From the NCBI GenBank assembly GCA_009691445.1, contig SICL01000001.1, positions 1,738-65,737 of the forward strand: DNA of 64,000 bases, read 5' to 3'. How positions within the stretch are numbered: the stretch's first letter is position 1; each line of letters begins with the position of its first letter. The notes beneath the pieces are model-generated. The model did no database searches and was not told the origin of the DNA. It worked only from the letters and a program-made list of their open reading frames with translations. The DNA comes from Candidatus Taenariivivens baikalensis (GTDB lineage Bacteria > Omnitrophota > Omnitrophia > Omnitrophales > Aquincolibacteriaceae). A program made the translations under genes and the position numbers. Positions 59,811 through 64,000 of the stretch are shown in pieces.

Positions 59811-60308
59811 TTATGACCGGTAGTTGGTGAATTGGAGTGGAACAGAGAATGAAGAGGACTTGAGAAGCTGCATTACAGCCTGAAGTTCATCCTTACTTTT
59901 CGACGTAACGCGAATCTGCTCATCCTGAATAGCGGCTTGTACCTTTAAGTCTGAATTTTTTATCACTTTAACAATCTCTTTAGCTTTCTCCACCGGAATC
60001 CCTTGGATCAGCTCAATCTCTTGCCGAAGGTTTCCCTCAAAAGCCCGTTCTGGATCTTTAAAATTCATGGATTTAACCGAGATTCCCCGTGCCGTCATCC
60101 TTGTTTTTAGGATATCGTGAAGATTTCTAAGCTTCAAGTCATCATCCGCCAACACTTTAATTTTCTTCTCTGTTTTTATGAATTCAAGATTGCTTTTTGT
60201 TCCCTTAAAATCAAAACGGGTATGAATCTCTTTGAGTGATTGATTTACGGCGTTATCAACTTCTTGAAGATCAATTTTGGAGACAATATCAAAAGAAAAC
60301 TGAGGCAT
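59811..60308 (-). CDS. yajQ: YajQ family nucleotide (c-di-GMP)-binding protein, UPF0234
   Basis: MPQFSFDIVSKIDLQEVDNAVNQSLKEIHTRFDFKG matches the YajQ N-terminus. Confidence 0.85.
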   Translation of the reverse strand: MPQFSFDIVSKIDLQEVDNAVNQSLKEIHTRFDFKGTKSNLEFIKTEKKIKVLADDDLKLRNLHDILKTRMTARGISVKSMNFKDPERAFEGNLRQEIELIQGIPVEKAKEIVKVIKNSDLKVQAAIQDEQIRVTSKSKDELQAVMQLLKSSSFSVPLQFTNYRS

Positions 60309-60315
60309 ATTTGAA

Positions 60316-61353
60316 TTATTTGAGTGAGCGGATGAAAACATCCGGAAAGGATTCAGAAAAATCTTTTGTTTTGAAATTATTCAATACTTTTTCTGCTTCC
60401 TCAAAGGTTTTAAAGCGTCCTACGAACACGCAATGGTAAACACGCCCGCTTTGACGCTTGAGCGATTGAATGAAACCCGGAAAGGATTGCATTTTAATCA
60501 TCCCAAGTTTCTTCTCGGCATCGGCTAGATTCGCATAAGTTGCAACTTGAATAACATAGGGGCTGGTGACTTCCTGGTTGCCTGAATTCGGCTTAGGGGC
60601 CTGTTTTTCATCTCGTGGCATCAGTTCAGCCGTTTCTTTTGACTTTGTCGATAATGAAAGGGATGTGAAATCAGCGCCCTCGGTTACCTTAACCTCTTTG
60701 ACCTGAGGCATTATTTTTTTGGGATTATGATGCGGGCTCATCATGGCTCTTTCCCGCTGATTATTGAGCGAGTGAATCCCCATTAAAATCAAAGCCAATA
60801 TTGCAACTCCGCCTGTCCAATAAATATTTTTATTCTGATTTGGCTTTAAACTGTCTTTAACGCGTAAAAGTCGGACCAGACTCAAACTAACGCGAATAAA
60901 AAATCCTGTAACAATTCTCAAAAATTCAACCACTGCCGAAGGACCCTGTCGTTCCGGTTTAACATTTTCCCGTGACATCCCGGTGAGAGCTTTTCCTGGC
61001 GTGCTTAGTTTTACGGGATTTTGTGATGGGCCTTTAAGCTCTTGCTCCAGCCATTTAGAAGAAGGTATGGCCAACTTGGGAACAGATTCTGTGGTAGGGG
61101 CTGCAGAAACAAGTCGAGTTGTGGAAGACGGTGATGTGAAAAGGTCCAAAGACTTTCCATGGGGTCGATTAAAATCGACAGGTGACACCGAATTCACCCT
61201 TGCTTCTGTCTTTCCAGGCTGTTGTTTCTCTTCCCGATGCGGGGCGCGGTAGGTACCATAGAGGCGGTTTTGAATCTCGGTCTCCGAGAGTGTATTTAAA
61301 CCATCACTTTTCTTCTTTTTTGGATCAACAGGCCCCATATCCTCGTTCCTCAC
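60316..61353 (-). CDS. SPOR domain membrane protein
   Basis: Central TM helix; C-terminal SPOR (YVIQVATYANLADAEKK...VFVGRFKTFEEAEKV). Confidence 0.7.
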   Translation of the reverse strand: MRNEDMGPVDPKKKKSDGLNTLSETEIQNRLYGTYRAPHREEKQQPGKTEARVNSVSPVDFNRPHGKSLDLFTSPSSTTRLVSAAPTTESVPKLAIPSSKWLEQELKGPSQNPVKLSTPGKALTGMSRENVKPERQGPSAVVEFLRIVTGFFIRVSLSLVRLLRVKDSLKPNQNKNIYWTGGVAILALILMGIHSLNNQRERAMMSPHHNPKKIMPQVKEVKVTEGADFTSLSLSTKSKETAELMPRDEKQAPKPNSGNQEVTSPYVIQVATYANLADAEKKLGMIKMQSFPGFIQSLKRQSGRVYHCVFVGRFKTFEEAEKVLNNFKTKDFSESFPDVFIRSLK

Positions 61354-61844
61354 GACTTGAGCTTTTTTGCTCCTGCCGATAAGAGCAAGGAGAACTTAAG
61401 CAGCTCTACCGGGCCAAGATGAACCTTGGCTCGCTGAATAAACCCGGACTTTTGACACATAATCGCGGCTGCCTTCATCCGTGATGTCGCTTTAAAAATA
61501 ACTTCATCATAACCGAAGGCGTTACAAAACAGCATTGCCTCGTCAACAAGTTTTTTTCCAACTTTTTGATTACGAAAAGGCTCAGCAACAAATAAGCGAC
61601 GCAAAAGAGCCACACGAGCATCTTCCTTTTTGATTCCCACAGTCCCAACAACCTCATGGTCGCTATTTATCGCAACAAAAAAAGCTTCTCCGCTTTCCCC
61701 ATAGGAGGCGTCAACATTGCGTAGATCATCCAACGGATAAGCTGCTCTTTCATCATGAAACTCGGCATTCATGACCTGTGTAATGAGCTCCTCAACCATG
61801 CTTTGATCTTGTGGCGAAAAGCGGCGAATCACAATCTGGCTCAT
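61350..61844 (-). CDS. GNAT family N-acetyltransferase
   Basis: RRLFVAEPFRNQKVGKKLV acetyl-CoA-binding motif. Confidence 0.8.
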   Translation of the reverse strand: MSQIVIRRFSPQDQSMVEELITQVMNAEFHDERAAYPLDDLRNVDASYGESGEAFFVAINSDHEVVGTVGIKKEDARVALLRRLFVAEPFRNQKVGKKLVDEAMLFCNAFGYDEVIFKATSRMKAAAIMCQKSGFIQRAKVHLGPVELLKFSLLLSAGAKKLKS

Positions 61845-61858
61845 AGCGTAGATATCCT

Positions 61859-62158
61859 TTATTTCTTGGAAGAACCTTCAGCTTTTTTAGCAGGAGCGGC
61901 CTTCTTAGAGGGTTCGGCTTTTTTCCCTGCGGCAGCAGGCGCAACAGCACCGGCGGCAGGTTTAGCTTCGCCCGCTTTGGCAGTTTTTGCCTTTTTAACC
62001 TTGATCTTCATTGATTTAAACTTGGGAAGACCATAGACCGATTTGGTCTCATCCCATGGACTATCACCCTGCATTTTTTTTATGCGTTCAGTTCTCTTTA
62101 AAACATTACGGTGACGTGTACCCACCGTATCAATTTTCAAGCTTGGATGCTGTGACAT
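61859..62158 (-). CDS. small basic protein with an AKKA-repeat (histone H1-like) tail
   Basis: Conserved-looking N-terminal 55 aa followed by a lysine/alanine-rich tail. Confidence 0.5.
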   Translation of the reverse strand: MSQHPSLKIDTVGTRHRNVLKRTERIKKMQGDSPWDETKSVYGLPKFKSMKIKVKKAKTAKAGEAKPAAGAVAPAAAGKKAEPSKKAAPAKKAEGSSKK

Positions 62159-62298
62159 ATTAGCCCTTTCCCTCAATGGTTATTAGTTCAGAATGAGGAG
62201 AGTATACTGAGATCAATCATCATTGGCTAGCTGAAATTCGAAAAACAGGCAGAAATAATAAATCCGCCAAAGCTGGGGACAATCTGGTAGAGAATAGC

Positions 62299-62964
62299 CT
62301 AAGTGCGAGGCATATTACGAATGTACGCATCCGTGGGCGCTACTCCCTGCCCTTTCAGGTCTTTGAGAAACAAAACCGCTTTAAGATGCGAATCAAATCC
62401 GTTGGTGCAAACATTGAAGTATTTCCCTGTGCTATAAATAAAACTTTGAAGTCCTTGTTTAGCAAGCTTTTGACGGAGATTTTCTGCGATTAGCTTTTGT
62501 TTAAACATGACGATTTGGATGGTGTATTTTCCAGTAGGTTTAGCGCTTCCATCGAGTGGACGGTTTGGGGAAGTCAACATAGCTTTTCCTGAAATAACCT
62601 GCGAGTCCCTTGAAGGATTCAAGGGACTTCCCGATTCAAAAAAAGCTGGGGATTCCTGCTGTGACTTCGATCTGGAAGTATCTGCCGGAATTGGAAAATC
62701 AGAGCTTTTTGAAATGGTTGGAATCGTTAAGGTCTGCTGAATGGTTCGCCGGAGTTGAATTTGATGTTTCCGCTCGGTTCGTTTCCCCTCTTCAACTCCC
62801 ATCGTATAAACTAAGCTGAGCGCCACAAGCGACACGATAAGCACCACCAAAAGATGATCAAACGCCAACGTTATTTTTCGACGTTGTAGGAAATTACTTT
62901 CCTGATCATGTCCTGGAAAATGAATTGAATCTGCGGATTTTATTTCAAAAAGATCTTTCTGCAT
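62299..62964 (-). CDS. SPOR domain membrane protein (second copy)
   Basis: TM helix; C-terminal SPOR (YTIQIVMFKQKLIAENLRQKL...). Confidence 0.7.
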   Translation of the reverse strand: MQKDLFEIKSADSIHFPGHDQESNFLQRRKITLAFDHLLVVLIVSLVALSLVYTMGVEEGKRTERKHQIQLRRTIQQTLTIPTISKSSDFPIPADTSRSKSQQESPAFFESGSPLNPSRDSQVISGKAMLTSPNRPLDGSAKPTGKYTIQIVMFKQKLIAENLRQKLAKQGLQSFIYSTGKYFNVCTNGFDSHLKAVLFLKDLKGQGVAPTDAYIRNMPRT

Positions 62965-64000
62965 GAACCCTCTCGTTAACTAAATTACGGCATGATTCAC
63001 TCAGGACATAAGCGCTTTTTCGAATGATTCGTATTTGAGTTGCATAATCCACTTCCACAATTCCGAACCGAGGGCCGAAACCATGCGCCCATTCAAAGTT
63101 ATCCAGAAGCGACCAATAAAAATAGCCGCCAATTTCAACGCCTTCGCTTGCAGCTCGCTTCAAAGCTGCTAAATGATCCTGAATAAAACGCACCCGCTGC
63201 TCATCGTCCTTAGCACAAATTCCATTTTCCATAATCATCACGGGAAGCTTATAGCGCCGAAGTCGTTTCAGCACGTGGTACAAACCGTCTGGGAAAACTT
63301 CCCATCCCATAACATTCAATTCCTTAACCTCATTTTCATGAAGCGCCTTATCATCCAAATCCCCCAGGATATTCATCAAAGACCAGCCTTTGAATCTAAT
63401 AAAATCACGGGTGTAGTAATTCACACCGATAAAATCGAGGGTGTTTTTAAGGGGTAAGTATTCGCAAAAAACTCCAGGAAAAAAAAGAAAGCCTGTATGC
63501 AGAGCGGTGATCATAAGATCATTAAAAAACCAATTTCGAAGGTGAACTGACACGCGGTCCATAAAGCTATCTTTACGCGCCGGGGTAAAGCAGCTCATAT
63601 GCTTTGCTATTGAAACCCAGACAGGCGTTTTTATAACGTCCTCGTAGTATTGGTGAATCACACGGTAGGCTTGAACATGCGCATGAATCAAATGGTAAAG
63701 AACTTTCAGTCCCGCATGAATCGACTTGATGCCGGGAGGCCATGATCCTTCAATAAATCCAAAATATAAATAGACCAAGGGTTCATTAATCGTAATCCAA
63801 TAGCGGACATAAGGACTGAAGGCCTGGGTAACGCGGCTGACATAGCGCGTAAAAATGATGATACTTTCAGGATTTAGCCATCCTCCTTTCTGAGAGAACC
63901 ATAGAGGATTGGTAAAATGATGCAGGGTAACAACGGGTTCTATGCCCCGACGGTGAAGCTCCTTAAATATTTCCAAGTAGTGATCAAAGGCGGATTGATC
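62945..64000 (-). CDS. glycoside hydrolase family 1 beta-glucosidase, partial (N-terminal part lies beyond the window)
   Basis: IMENGI (nucleophile Glu), YFYWSLLDNFEWAHG and TLHHF motifs; the reading frame continues past 64000. Confidence 0.85.
   Translation of the reverse strand, partial: DQSAFDHYLEIFKELHRRGIEPVVTLHHFTNPLWFSQKGGWLNPESIIIFTRYVSRVTQAFSPYVRYWITINEPLVYLYFGFIEGSWPPGIKSIHAGLKVLYHLIHAHVQAYRVIHQYYEDVIKTPVWVSIAKHMSCFTPARKDSFMDRVSVHLRNWFFNDLMITALHTGFLFFPGVFCEYLPLKNTLDFIGVNYYTRDFIRFKGWSLMNILGDLDDKALHENEVKELNVMGWEVFPDGLYHVLKRLRRYKLPVMIMENGICAKDDEQRVRFIQDHLAALKRAASEGVEIGGYFYWSLLDNFEWAHGFGPRFGIVEVDYATQIRIIRKSAYVLSESCRNLVNERVHAERSF

Overview
This looks like a chromosomal, mostly housekeeping segment of a bacterium; I cannot place the lineage from sequence alone. 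Almost all genes are on the minus strand in long co-directional runs. Recognisable content: queuosine genes (queE, queC), murI, lipA preceded by an odd lipoyl-domain-like acidic protein, miaB, an aminotransferase, a GAF-PAS-GGDEF-EAL protein, a fused class II aldolase/SDR protein, orn, an aa3-type cytochrome c oxidase operon (coxBACD plus small membrane proteins), a glutaredoxin-2-like protein, a B. subtilis-type succinate dehydrogenase operon (sdhCAB), and a coproporphyrin-type heme cluster with two fusions (hemD-hemE and hemH-hemQ) plus hemY. Further on: msrB, yciH, an NlpC/P60 peptidase, a six-gene operon of small uncharacterised proteins (including an exosortase-associated-like protein, DUF971, KTSC and a receiver domain), a LysM amidase, a fused tal-pgi, glgP, a two-component pair whose regulator has an N-terminal HTH and a C-terminal receiver, miaA, argS, rsfS, ald, nadE, tRNA-Ala(CGC), a lipid-metabolism group (hydrolase, acyl-CoA ligase, cNMP-patatin, glpK), the c-di-GMP receptors PilZ and YajQ, two SPOR proteins, a GNAT, and a partial GH1 beta-glucosidase at the 3' edge. 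I see no CRISPR array, transposase, integrase or phage structural gene. The most unusual sequence-level signal is a family of at least seven short hairpin-forming dispersed repeats (core GTCATTGCGAGCGAAGCGAAGCAATCTC and its reverse complement). They sit in intergenic DNA and also in-frame inside conserved genes (miaB, an epimerase, hemY), and twice they supply the N-terminal extension and ATG of secreted proteins. Other candidates worth a look are a nucleoside-2-deoxyribosyltransferase-like protein upstream of miaB, the lysine-less lipoyl-like protein beside lipA, and three adjacent perfect palindromes in front of the hemDE gene.
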